NCBI GenBank assembly: GCA_002269645.1
Contig: NIVC01001568.1
Span: 124,001-188,000, forward strand
Length of the DNA: 64,000 nt
From: Macrostomum lignano
Taxonomy: Eukaryota
Direction: 5' to 3'
The notes under the pieces are model-generated. The model did no database searches. It was not told the DNA's origin and saw nothing but the letters and a program-made list of their open reading frames with translations. The position numbers and the translations under genes are program-made. Of this stretch, positions 46,169 through 58,797 are shown one piece after another; the first letter of the stretch is position 1; every line of letters starts with the position of its first letter.

Positions 46169-46714
46169 TGACGCAGTTGATGGCCAATCAGTCAGGTAAT
46201 TTCTTGTTACCTGCTACGCCTTTTATCTCAGTCTAAATCGCCCACCTCAGTTGCAGTATTGGCCTTGTCAGATGTTGGCGACAGGTGCAGATTTTGCCAA
46301 GAGTTATTTGTTGAGAAATGTGTTGAGGCACGCCATGGTGCTGTGAACTCCACAGAAACATTGATAGAACTACCATTGATGAGTGTTACAACTGAGAACA
46401 GATCGATCGATACAAGTGTTCCTTCCAGGTCAGCTGGTTTTCTCACCTTGAGTCGAATTCAGCGTCAGAGCCAGCTGCTTTTCCTTCCATAAGGAGCGTT
46501 CATTCAGCCCTGTCGATCACTGGAGCGTCTGCTAAAGTAAGTTTTCTTTCTGCCACGCCGAGTATTTTGGTGAGTCAATAGTGGGTAGCGGCTGAAGTTT
46601 TCTATCCCTTCATTCGTAACTGGGAAGCAAAGCTCATACAGCAGCTACGGGGCTGCATTTATCCGGATCCCCTGTAACGAAATTACTCGTATTTCTAAAA
46701 TTCTGGAAGCTAAA

Positions 46715-47848
46715 ATGACAGATTTCGCGGTTCTGCTTTTTCTGTTGAAGTTTTTGGCCGGCGCAGATGCAGAGCCGCTCGAAATGCTGCACGAAGTTCA
46801 CAGCAGCAGCTGGGCTGGCGATCGGGTTCACCAGTTCCACATTTCCGGCACTGCACAGGCCAGTGGCGAGCTGCAGTGCGCGGTGCTGGCCACCAAGAGG
46901 CTGCACCCTGACCAGTTTCTGGTCTTCATCAAAGCTCATGGTGCGAAGCGGTCGCAGTGCATTCTGGGTGAGTTCAACCACTGATGTATGCACTAGCTGC
47001 TCGGGATTTCATTCCAATCCCCCATCGCAATCTTCATCCCCATCTCGCATCGCTGCACTTCAGCCAGCCGGAGTGGCGCGGTGTGTCGCTGCCTGATGCC
47101 GCCGACTGAGGCGTCTCCGTGCTGCACCAGGGTGATTGACCACTGCAGTCCTCTGTGTAACATTTGTCCGTGTGCTGTGAGATGGCCAGCTGCTAACTGG
47201 GACCCCCACCCGATGTTGCAGATGTTTGTGACGTCGCTCAGCGACTGCATCATCAGCGTTCAGCGCCGAGTCGCCGAGTCGAGCTTCAATCGCAGCTGGG
47301 CCGAATACGCAGCCGGCTTTGGTCCGGGGCTGCACAGCAACCACTGGATCGGTAAGGCAGCAGATTTTCGCATGCAGGCGACTCAGTGTGAACCGTAGGT
47401 GTCACATTTGCGCTTGCTCAATTGAAAAATCTGAGAAGCCTCAACTCCCTCACGTGGCCTTCCGGTCGGCAGCTGCGCATTCGGATGAGGCTGTGGAACG
47501 ACATGGAGTACTGGGCGAACTACAGCTCCTTCTCTGTGGACAGCGAGGACAACAAGTTTCAAGTCAGCATCAGCGGCTTCAGCGGCAGTTCAGGACTCGG
47601 AGACTGCATGAAGCGCTGCAATGGCATGAAGTTCAGCACCTTTGATTCGGACAACGACATTTTTCCAGGGAGCTGCAGCGCCTCGTTCAAGGAAGGCTGG
47701 TGAGTGCCACTGCACCAACCCGAACGGACTTTACTTTTATCCGCCCACTGCTCTCAATACAGCGCCTGTCTATGCCCAGATCATCTGCTGGAGAAATCCG
47801 TTTGGTTACTACTATTCGATGAAGGAGTTCGAGATGCTGGTCCTTTGA
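46715..47848 (+). CDS. Secreted fibrinogen-related domain (FReD) protein with PAN-like N-terminus; stop + frameshift at 47701
   Basis: join(46715-46967, 47064-47351, 47399-47700, 47702-47848). Signal MTDFAVLLFLLKFLAGADA; QRR..SFNRSWAEYAAGFG..HWIG; YSSFSVDSEDNKFQV; MKFSTFDSDND; GW*; CHCTNPNGLY resumes in another frame. Confidence 0.82.
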
Positions 47849-48507
47849 GAAAGGAAATTTTTTGAGCATAGACTAAAAACCAAACGGCCGAAGCCTGCCT
47901 TTCCTGACTTGCGTTTCAATAAGCTACAGAAACGTCAAATGCAAACCCGAGTTCGAAGTGAACTATTAAATATCCTCTAGTTTTGACGCGATATTCGTGA
48001 AAAATTACTTATAAACTTTAAGTAAGTATATTTGATTCGAAGCAATTTTACTTCTCTAATGGTGACTCAGCATACTCTGAGCTGCATCTTCAACTTCAAT
48101 AAGATTATATTACTTCGTCTTTTACTGCGAGCTACCAAGACGTTTTCAACCATCTGAAATTCGCCGTGACAAAATGACAAGAAGGGTTCAGGGGTCATTC
48201 CTTCATTTAAAGTGACGGCTCATGGAATCGAACCCATAGGCATCGAGCATGTACAGTGAATTTTCGACTGCATCGGTTGCTGTGCTTGTTGTGCCTCATG
48301 ACCACCGCATTTCCTAGCCTGTCACTGCTAAGAAAAAATTGTTACAGAGTACTCGTAAAAATAATCCATTAGGATAATTTGAAATGCTGAAACAAGATAA
48401 GAATAATTGATTATAGATCATCGATATAAGGGCAATCTGATTGGGTCTGCCAGTCGACATTAAAAATCGATATAAGTCAGCAGACTGCCGATAGCAACCG
48501 AGCCGGG

Positions 48508-49633
48508 TCAGTCCACCCGGAGCACCATCACCCCAGCTGACTGCGGCCGCCTGACCCGGCGCCGTCGACCTTTGGTGTCAGCAGCCGCCGCGGAATCCTT
48601 TGACGCATCCGCCTCCGAGCTGTTCAGCGCTGCTGTTGCCCCCGTTGACGAAGAATTCGCTGCTGCTGCCGCCGCCGTCTGCGGCCGACGCTGGCGCAGC
48701 GGCACGGAGGTCAGGCCCAGCCAGTCGGACTTCTTGGCCTCCAGAATTCGCTGCCGCTCCGAGGCTGTCATCGGCGTCGAGCCCGACGTTCCGGCCGACG
48801 TGCTACCCGGTGGAAGCGCCTTCACGGCTGGTGCCGTCTCGGTCACCGAGTTGTCGGGCTCGACATCCGAATCGGCGTCGCTGGGATCGGCGGCGGCGGC
48901 TGTTCGGCGAGCGGACTTCCGGTAGAGGCGCGGGTTCAGGTGGTCCGGGATCAGGCTGACCTGGGGGGGGGGGAGAGGCCGGATGGCGTCTGGTTTTGGA
49001 TCGCTTTCGCATATACAAAATTTTCCATTTACCATGAAGCTTAAAACTGCATAAATTCGAGTTTGTGAAGTTTCTATCGAGTTTGTGAAGTTTCTATCGA
49101 GTTTGAAAAGTTTCTATCGAGTTTGAGAAGTTTCTATCGAGTTTGAGAAGTTTCTATCGAGCTTGTGAAGTTTCCATTGAGCTTGTGAAGTTTCGAGCTA
49201 GTGCAGCACACACACCCAATTTTCATGGTTGTGTGAGTACCGGACACCCCAGCCCAACATAAGTTTTTTTTCCAATGTTTTCCCCAATAAGTTTCTTCCT
49301 GACTGGGTTCAATCCAAAAATGTAACACGTCAAAACCATGAAAAGTGCCGGGCAACACCTGCCTAGCATTACCTGAGTCACGTGACGCCTTCTAAACCAG
49401 TCGTCCAACTCCGGACTCAACGGCGAGTCCAAAATCCGCGCCAAGTCCACCAGCAGGTCGCGCTCGCGCCGTTCTGTCTCCCGGCGCCAGGTGGCGCGGT
49501 CCCGCTCGGCGCGGCCCTGCTGCCTGGACAGCGCCAGCTGCAGCTTCAGGTTCTGGTCGCGGGCGCGGCCCTCAGCCGAGGAGGCGCCAGCGCCGGCGGT
49601 GCGCGGCCGGGCCACTTGGCGGCGTCGCTGCAT
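48508..49633 (-). CDS. Uncharacterised 237-aa protein with coiled coil and low-complexity tail; join(49373-49633, 48508-48960)
   Basis: ATG at 49633; CAG|GTAATG donor and CCCCAG| acceptor splice in phase 0; GC3-rich. Confidence 0.72.
49058..49200. repeat. 20-bp minisatellite (GAGTTTGTGAAGTTTCTATC), ~7 copies, intronic
   Basis: Tandem units visible. Confidence 0.85.
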
Positions 49634-50077
49634 GTCTTTTCGGACCGGAATTGTTGACCAAATCTGAGAAAATTGGCATCAAGCGCTATCTAAACCCCTT
49701 CCCCGGTTTATTTATAGACAAACTCGCAGTCTGTTTATGAGCTCTGCAACGGCCAATAAAATTCATGCAACTATGGGGTGGTGGTGGAATTGCGGTGGAA
49801 CAGTTGCCGAGTGCGAGATCTGCAGTCCGAGTGAGAAAAGGTAGCGGCAGCCTTTTGAATGCAAAATGCCCCCTGGTACAGTTGCCTTGCAGCACAATGT
49901 GAGGTCAGGTAGCTTTGGCTTAGGTTTGGCTGGCTGTGGTTTACGATGGATAACCAGTGCAGCTCATGAGGGATCGCGGCCTGCACTTTATAAGAGTATT
50001 CGAGAATAGGATTTGAGATTTTGTTTTATGACCTGCGCCATACAGCTGGGTGTTTAACGAATTTTGGGAACAGTCTG

Positions 50078-50245
50078 ATAGATCATGGGGTAGTTTATGA
50101 TAGATCATGGGGTAGTTTATGATAGATCATGGGGTAGTTTATGATAGATCATGGGGTAGTTTATGATAGATCACGGGGTAGTTTATGATAGATCACGGGG
50201 TAGTTTATGATAGATCACGGGGTAGTTTATGATAGATCATGGGGA
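50078..50245. repeat. 22-bp minisatellite (GATAGATCATGGGGTAGTTTAT), ~7 copies
   Basis: Tandem units visible. Confidence 0.9.
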
Positions 50246-51198
50246 AATTTAATAAAGATCATGGCGTAGTTTATGACATATCGTTGAGTTCACATCATAA
50301 TCACATATAATTACTAATTTGAATAATAAGCATAGAAAAAACAAAAACTTCTGCATAACAATTTTAAGCCGAAATTCGACTGGCTCCCAAGCGGCAAAGC
50401 GGAGGTCAGAAACGGCGCTTTGAATAAAATTGACGGCCACAAGGGGGTCAGGTAATTAGTCAGACAGCTCCAGTTAGCAGAGAAACGCACCTGCAGTGAG
50501 GAGGGGCCGCATTTTTCTTATTTCAAACTCCACCTATGGCGGCATCGGTTGCGCGCGGCGAAAGAGATGGAATTATTAACAATAATGACTACTCTCTACC
50601 TGGCGGTGAATGCGAAGCTGGGGCCATCTGCATCCAGTCAGGCACAGTTAAACAAAAACAACACGCAAGGGTTTAAGGAGGCCAAGCAACTAGACTGTGT
50701 TTAGCCGCTGCTATAAACAAGAATTGAGAGAAATTCAACAAAAAATGCAGGTGCAAAGCGGGTTCCAAGCAGGTGCTTAGGGTCTACCGATAATTATAAT
50801 TTTGCTATTTAAATAAATAACAAAGCATTTGGTGGTAGCAATTTTTATTCGATTTCGTCATTCCACTTTGCGTATTTAAACAAAGCGTTTGAGAATCTTA
50901 ACATGAATGGCAATGTACTTTTAAAGACGTTTAAAAACGGCTCTGAAAGGTTTTTGACAGCCTGCGTGGAACGGGTGTGCAACCGAAGCAGAATGACGCA
51001 AAATTCATTGGCGAGGTTAGAAGTGCCCGGTTATGTACGTTTATAAGAGGAATGGCTGGCGTTGTGTCCATTTATACATAGCAAATACACATCCGTGAAA
51101 TACAGAGGCGTCAGTCTGAAACCAAAGCAGTCAATGATTACGCTTACTAACTATTAGGTAATCCCACTGGGCAGCCTCAGGGGGCTTCGGGCATCCAG

Positions 51199-54100
51199 TT
51201 AAAGCGGGGAGGCGTCAACTCCGCTGACCTCTGGGACAGGCAGTGCCAGGGCAGTTCTGGCACGATGCACCCTGCCGATCAGCTGCTCCCTGAACCTCAG
51301 CATGCCCAGGTCGCGCGCTGTCGCCTTCCTCTGCTCACCCCTGTCGGCCCAGCTGCGGTAGTGCTGCAAGCCAGCGCTGTTGTAGTCAATGTAGGCTGTG
51401 GCCCTGCCTTGAAAATAGCTCTGCACATTGTGTACGCTCATGATTCGAACGTATTGCGGCCTCACAATCAGTTTCGACTGCGAGCCCTGCGCGTAGATTT
51501 CGGCCTCGCGTTGCAACTTCAGCAGGAAGCTGAGCCTCAGGCCAGAAATGGTGACGTTGGCTGACGTGACGGGGTCGCTGGGCCACTCCAGCCAGAACAC
51601 CGCGTGCTGAAATGACAGGCCAGCCGTTTTGTTGTCTGACATGAAAGCTCGGGTCAGGTCCCGCCAGCTGCGGTATCCGCTGCCCCTCGGCACGATCACT
51701 TCGTCCATGTCGGTGAAGACGGCGAACTCGAACCGGGCCGCGGAGCGCATCACGCAGTCCTGCACGGCGGCCATCTGACCGAAGTACTTCAGCTCGATCG
51801 GTAGGCTGAGTGGATGCGGCCTAAGCTGGACGGACTTTACAGGCGTTTGAAACTGCAGGACGGTGACGTCACTGGCGAACTGCGGGCGCGTGAACAGGGC
51901 GAGGACAGGCTAACGAAACGATTAGGCCTTTGTTTCAAGTTTTATGCACATTTTTATTAACAAAATTGAGAATAACCTTATTGGAAATCCAGTTCGCAAA
52001 GATTTGTTTGAGGCGTAGCGCCCCAGATACTAGAATAACTAGATATACTCAGCAACATTGAAAAGTTGCCACTCTATGCGCCAGCGAGCAATTTCATTTG
52101 GACTATTCTGAAATAAAATATACGAGAAAACTGATCGGGGTAGCTCTAATCCGTCCAACCTTCGCACACCGCTCCCCCACTTCATTCTTCAAACTCAAGC
52201 CTGCCGCGGCTTAGCTAAGTTGCGTCACTCGCAAAGTTAAGGGACTTTTACCTGCACCACTCAAAAGTGGCGACCATAGACGGAATCTTCTGTGATGGCG
52301 ACTTTTCGATGTTGCTGAGTATGTCACTCGCAAAAAATGAGCTCAGCTACTCTTTAAGTAGCAAAATTAGCGTTTTTAACTTTATATTTGTAAAATAAGA
52401 AAGGTATTAAAACTTGCAATTGATATAAATTACTTAGAAGCTGCAACAATAACCTCTGGCTTTCTACACGAAGACGCATTCAAATAGCATTTTCCCTACC
52501 CCCCCCCATGCTTGAAGCTGCACCCAAGTCAAGTGCGTGTGCACAGCGAGCTAGAGAGAAAAGGGTGGCGCTCTCAGCCAGGCCAATAAACAGCAGGCTT
52601 TCCTCTTGCCTGCTAGTGTCTGATTTTCGCCTCTTTCCTTACTGCTCTCTCATTGGCTGAGCCAGATTGGGCCTGTCTGAACCCTAGGCTGAGTGTACAT
52701 CAAGTTAAATGCTAATTGTTATTCATTCTTAACCTCGTGTGCTCCTGAATTTTAGGAATTTTCGGAATTTTAAGGAAATTAAAGAAAAAAGGAATTTTAG
52801 CTGCCACACTAAATTTATGTGGCACTGCGCAGACAAACTACTGAAAATATAGTAGACACTCTACTTTTTCACTACTTCAAACGCGAGTGACATGTCAGCC
52901 TGCAGCAGAGAGCTGAATGGGGTTTCGCCATGTTGTACTCGCGACTCTCAGGAAGGGTGCACCTACGAGGGTCAGAGTACGTGGGCCCGTGCTGGCCTGC
53001 GTCGGGGCGAGAGTGTCTGCACGGGACCCTAGGTCTGGGGCGTCAGGACGCACCCAAGTGGCCGGCATACGCGTAGGGACGATGTGATGTCGATCACCTT
53101 CAGCAGGGCGTCAGGGCGCACAAGCTGGCGTCTATGTACAGCGGGCTTACAGTACAGGGTGGCCCCTAGCTGACCCTAGCTCCTCCTGGCCTAGTCCCCC
53201 CTGAGTCGGCGTCAGGACACACGGACTGTCCCTGCTACAGCTCCCGAAATGAAAGAGACAAGGCAGTGACTTACTTCGCGGATAGCTTGCCCTTGCGCGT
53301 GCGGTCAATAAATCGTAGCTGAGGTCTGCTCGCGGCTGGCGGACCCGATGGTCAACGTTTATTGCGTATGTGTTAGGGGAAGGACGGTCTAAAGACGCTG
53401 TAATCGGCGCTCTGGGCCTGCGTTGTAGAGTGCGGCAAACCAAAACAACCACGGGCCGGCAGCCAGCCCGCCCCGGCGGCGCCTTTAAAGGCCACGACCC
53501 CCCCCCGGGGCCTGGGGCTCCCCCCCCAGCCCCACCCCCAGCCCCACCCCCCGGCCCAGCCACCCCCCGGCCCAGCCACCCACCGGCCAATCACGGCGCA
53601 GCTGGGGGAAGGCAGCCCGGGAGGAGGGCCAAAAAGGGCGACCCAGCCAACCAGCGCGCAGACAACCCAAAGGGCTAAGAGGCTTACACCACTGAGCCTA
53701 TCACACCAAAAACAAATATGGAGCAGAGTGCAATTTAGCAGTGCAATCGCAAGGGCACAATAACATAGCGCAAAAACAAATACAGTACGCCGCATGGGGG
53801 GGGGGCAGAGTGCACTTTGGCAGGGCAAGCGCACGGGCACAACAGCCATTAGAAAAATTCGGTTTAGAAAAGTATTCTAGAAAAAGTACACCGCAAAGAT
53901 AGGAACAGAAGAAGAGTTGTCCGATTGCTGGGCACCCAAGCCTGTGCCCCGAGCACATTCAGCGTTAGTTTACAATCAACATCACAGTAACGATTGAAAA
54001 AACGATGGTGTACGAGTATAAGACAAGTCTTTCTCGTGTATCTTACTCGTGTAAGATAAGTCCACGAGGCCACCTACCTGCTTGTGGCCAAGTATCCTGG

Positions 54101-56844
54101 TCACCTGCTGGCTCGAGCTGTGATTGTAAACGAAAAAGTGATCGGCTCCGAGCATTCGATTCATCTCGAGAGTCTGCACCATCTCGTCCACCCTGCTGTA
54201 ATTGAGGTGCAGCGGCGATACGCACACTGAGAACTTCCCATTTCTCACCGGCTCCGATGGCAGCCGCTGCACCAGGTGCGCGGCGTGCGGTTGAGCACAG
54301 GCAGAGCTGAGGGAGGCAAAAAGACTTGTTTGTGATTGATGCTGAGATTTGGGATTCTGAGACCATCGATTTGGGGATTCTGAGACCATCGATTTGGGAT
54401 TCTGAGACCATCGATTTGGGATTCTGAGACCATCAATTTAGGATTCTGAAAGCATCGATTTGGGATTCTAGAACCATCGATTTGGGATTCTGAGAGCATC
54501 GATTTGGGATTTCGAGACCATCAATTTAGGATTCTGAAAGCATCGATTTGGGATTCTAGAACCATCGATTTGGGATTCTGAGAGCATCGATTTGGGATTC
54601 TGAGACCATCGATTTGGGGATTCTGAGAGCATCGATTTGGGATTCTGAGACCATCGATTTGGGGATTCTGAGACCAACGATTTGGGGATTCTGAGACCAT
54701 CGATTTGGGATTCTGAGACCATCGATTTGGGATTCTGAGACCATCAATTTAGGATTCTGAAAGCATCGATTTGGGATTCTAGAACCATCGATTTGGGATT
54801 CTGAGAGCATCGATTTGGGATTCTGAGACCATCGATTTGGGGATTCTGAGACCAACGATTTGGGATTCTGTGACTATCGATTTGGGATTCTGAGACCATC
54901 GATTTGGGGATTCTGAGACCAACGATTTGGGATTCTGTGACCATCGATTTGGGATTCTGAGAGCATCGGTTTGGGATTCTGAGAGCATCGATTTGGGAGT
55001 CTGAGAGCATCGGTTTGGAATTTTGAGTCAATCGATTTGGGATTCTGAGAGCATCGGTTTGGGATTCTGAGAGACCATCGATTTGGGATTCTGAGAGACC
55101 ATCGATTTGGGATTCTGAGAGACCATCGATTTGGGTAGTAACTGCAGCACTCACCTGGCAAAGGATACGGCATATGGAACCTCTCCATCCTCGCCCAGAA
55201 TTTCGCAGCTGATCACCACGGACTCGTAGAGCCGGCCGTCGCCCTGAGGCGCCACCTCCACCGCAGCAGGCGCGGCCGCCGTCATCTTGTCGGACCTCCG
55301 GTACCACAGCTGGCAGAGTGGGCCGCTGACCCTGCCGCCCACCGCGATGCCGACCACCCTGACAACCGGCCGGCGGCTGCTGTCCCTCGGGTCAAAGTAG
55401 GCCGAGTAGGTGAACAGGTCTCTGTTGCTGGGGTGGCTGCTCAGGAATTGGAATTCCTTTGCCAGGGTGCGGGAAGAGCGAATCCCATCCTCAGTGGATG
55501 TTTTGATTGTCTTTTAAATGCAAACATTGTGCATAAATTGGGCTTGTGCAAATTACCTGGCCAATGCTGGGCAAAGATGTCTGGGTCTGCTGGTTGCATC
55601 GGTAGGTGGTTGGTTGCTGCCGCCGAATATCCGGAATCCTGCGGCCCTTCAGAGCTGGGAGTACTATTAAATGTACTGCCGAGAGAGTCGCTGCACCCAG
55701 TAGAAACAAAACGAACAGCTGAGGTAACCGGCACGAAATTCTGGCTGCGGAACCGCGGAGATGGTTGCATGTTAATGCTGACCCTCACTCTGACCCTCAC
55801 TCTGACCCTCACTCTGACCCTCAATCTGACCCTCACTCTGACCCTCACTCTAACCCTCACTCTGACCCTCACTCTGACCCTCACTCTGACCCTCACTCTA
55901 ACCCTCACTCTGACCCTCACTCTGACCCTCACTCTGACCCTCACTCTGACCCTCACTCTGACCCTCACTCTGACCCTCACTCTGACCCTCACTCTGACCC
56001 TCACTCTGACCCTCACTCTGACCCTCACTCTGACCCTCACTCTGACCCTCACTCTGACCCTCACTCTGACCCTCACTCTGACCCTCACTCTGACCCTCAC
56101 TCTGACCCTCACACTGACCCTCACTCTGACCCTCACTCTGACCCTCACTCTGACCCTCACTCTGACCCTCACTCTGACCCTCACTCTGACCCTCACTCTG
56201 ACCCTCACTCTGACCCTCACTCTGACCCTCACTCTGACCCTCACTCTGACCCTCACTCTGACCCTCACACTGACCCTCACACTGACCCTCACTCTGACCC
56301 TCGCTCACTCTGACCCTCACTCACTCTGACCCTCACTCTGACCCTCACTCTGACCCTCACTCTGACCCTCACTCTGACCCTCACTCTGACCCTCACTCTG
56401 ACCCTCACACTGACCCTCACACTGACCCTCACTCTGACCCTCGCTCACTCTGACCCTCGCTCACTCTGACCCTCACTCTGACCCTCACTCTGACCCTCAC
56501 TCTGACCCTCACTCTGACCCTCACTCTGACCCTCACTCTGACCCTCACTCTGACCCTCACACTGACCCTCACACTGACCCTCACTTTGACCCTCACTCTG
56601 ACCCTCACTCTGACCCTCACTCTGACCCTCACTCTGACCCTCACTCTGACCCTCGCTCACTCTGACCCTCGCACTGACCCTCACTCTGACCCTCACTCTG
56701 ACCCTCACTCTGACCCTCACACTGATCTGAAACTCTTAAATGCAAATGAAAATGAAAAATTTACAGAAAGATGAACAGAAGGTTAACTAATTTGGTGCAG
56801 TTCATTCTATTATATGATTAATTTTGCCTACCTGAGCACAACAT
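51199..56844 (-). CDS. Glycosyltransferase family 92 (DUF23; GALT-1-like), type II membrane protein, ~509 aa, 5 exons
   Basis: join(56832-56844, 55557-55777, 55155-55510, 54078-54306, 51199-51909) = 1530 nt in frame. [22 protein letters not shown]; LFTYSAYFD; [23 protein letters not shown]; [19 protein letters not shown] (DxD); SKLIVRP..VH; LQHYR. Exon 1 is tentative. Confidence 0.88.
52046..52321. mobile_element. MITE with TIRs related to the Tc1 element at 57646
   Basis: TACTCAGCAACATTGAAAAGTTGCCA at left and TGGCGACTTTTCGATGTTGCTGAGTA at right (2 mismatches in 26); TA on the left flank. Confidence 0.75.
52930..53980. mobile_element. LTR-like intronic insertion (ends not resolved)
   Basis: GC-rich non-coding segment with CCAAT/TATA-like motifs and short similarity to the reverse complement of the solo LTR 22655-23420 (CAGCCAA..CGCGCAG); no TSD found. 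Confidence 0.35.
54350..55135. repeat. 22-bp minisatellite (CATCGATTTGGGATTCTGAGAC) filling GT92 intron 3
   Basis: About 35 tandem units between the acceptor at 54307 and the donor at 55154. Confidence 0.94.
55778..56725. repeat. 12-bp repeat (CTGACCCTCACT)n, ~79 copies
   Basis: Direct reading; occasional TAACCC variants. Confidence 0.97.
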
Positions 56845-57645
56845 CGGTGACCTGATTCGTGCCTCTCAGACTGACTGGTTGCAGCGAATTAGTCGTACAA
56901 AAGACGAAGCCGAGACACTAGATTTGTGCCTGAGATACCAATATCAGACTCAAAGTTAAGAAAGATCTCTTTGCCAGTCCGATTAGAACGGCCGTCTAAT
57001 GGCCAAAACTCGCTGCGCAAAATGAAGCCTGAGAAGAATTTCTATAGGCTAGCTCACTAAGCGAACTAATGGTTCTGTCTATGGATTTGAGGGCAGGAAC
57101 GAGCGAAATCCTCGGTCTGCGAAGAGAACTGTGTTGTCTCATCATTTCGAGGGCGCCACTAAGCATTAACCATAGACGAAACTAGCGGGCACAGAATTCA
57201 TTCCTGCCCGCGTTCAAAATCTTTCCTGCCAGCCACTTTAGTCTGTGGTAATACTCAGGCTTTTTAAACTGTATTTTTGTAACTGATTGTTCTGACTATG
57301 GATTTGAGGGCAGGAATGAGCGAATCCGAGGGCTGCGAATCACGATTGGCCATCGACTAAAACAGCGAGCTCGGAATGTCGTTGTGTGCCCGCTGCCCTG
57401 AGAATTCGTCTATGTCCAAAGCCCCTAAAGCCTGTTCATACAGCTGCAGTGAAGAGAGACGTGGAGGCATCGGACTAGAGCTGAGATTAGCTGCACTGCA
57501 CAATACAAAAAATTCTTGCGTTACAAACGTTTACGCTTATGCCATAGACAAAATCTGCGGGCAACACACTGACGATTCCTTAGGCCGTCTTGCCCGCGAA
57601 ATCGGGAGACAACAGCTGATAGAATCCTGAAGAAAAGAGCGAATA

Positions 57646-58279
57646 CACTCAGCAACATTTAAAATGCAACACTCTAACTAGAAGAAAAATCAACTCACTC
57701 AGAAGAGTCAAAGCGCATAGTCTATGGTTCAAATCGAGCTTCAGAAACGCGTGTAGCTCCCTCTCGCAAGTAACAGGGCGATGACTATGGACTGTTTTCA
57801 GATAGAGTGATCCAGCTGAGAGAATGGTTCAACAGATGACAGACGCGGAAAGATGGCGAGCAGTCGGAATGTTGGAAGCAGGTTGTACTCTTCGAACAAC
57901 AGCTGTTGTACTGCGAAGTTGGTGAAGCACCGTACCTTTTCTCGCGTGATCCACGCTTCCAGTGGCTCTGCTCTTCTGTAGCAGACGTAAAACTCTTGAA
58001 GGCGACCTCCCGAAGTGGTTTGCAACTGTTCGAAGAGTACAACCTGCTTCCAACATTCCGACTGCTCGCCATCTTTCCGCGTCTGTCATCTGTTGAACCA
58101 TTCTCTCAGCTGGATCACTCTATCTGAAAACAGTCCATAGTCATCGCCCTGTTACTTGCGAGAGGGAGCTACACGCGTTTCTGAAGCTCGATTTGAACCA
58201 TAGACTATGCGCTTTGACTCTTCTGAGTGAGTTGATTTTTCTTCTAGTTAGAGTGTTGCGTTTTAAATGTTGCTGAGTG
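57646..58279. mobile_element. Tc1/mariner-derived fold-back element (253-bp inverted arms, 128-bp spacer)
   Basis: Arms 57646-57898 and 58027-58279 are reverse complements (1 mismatch seen); TA on both flanks; arms encode a transposase HTH start MTDAERWRAVGMLEAG. Confidence 0.92.
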
Positions 58280-58404
58280 TATATATATGGAAGTCAACAA
58301 GCACGACCACTAATTATTGAGCACGAGGCATGATCAATTTGCAAAGATAGTGCTGAATATGGCTTGGATAGTGCTGAATTGGAATTCATGTCCAAACTGC
58401 GTCC

Positions 58405-58797
58405 ATGAGCGCGAAGACGTCTGTCGATCAGTGGTCGGGATTGCCAATCCTGGACCTCAATGACGTGGAAACGTTTTTGGCGGAACTACGGACTCAGGAA
58501 GATTCGTATCGCGACTTAGATGTACAAGAACTAGAGGACATCAAACGACTTGAACAGTCGTCAAAGTCGGCATCCACCTTAGCAACCACTAAGAATCAAA
58601 TTAATCGGTTCAAGAAATTTCTTCGAGAGAAAAACCTGCCTGATGACATTGAAAGCTACTTAGACGGCTATCTGCGCCTCTGGTACGTAAGTCTGCGAGC
58701 TAACCCTGCGCTTGGAACGAAGACCTATGCACCGGATACGATTCGTGGCTTTCGGGCTAGTATCCATCGATTTGTAAAGGAAACAAACAGTGCTTGA
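58405..58797 (+). pseudogene. Crypton/DUF3504-like (tyrosine-recombinase transposon) N-terminal fragment
   Basis: TTKNQINRFKKFL..LDGYLRLWYVSLR..KTYAPDTIRGFRASIHRFVKE resembles the core-binding region preceding DUF3504; recognised by eye only. Confidence 0.55.

Noticed and set aside
53147-53849. Collagen-like or Pro/Gly-rich ORFs
   Set aside because: They derive from C-run-rich LTR-like sequence inside a GT92 intron and lack Gly-X-Y periodicity.
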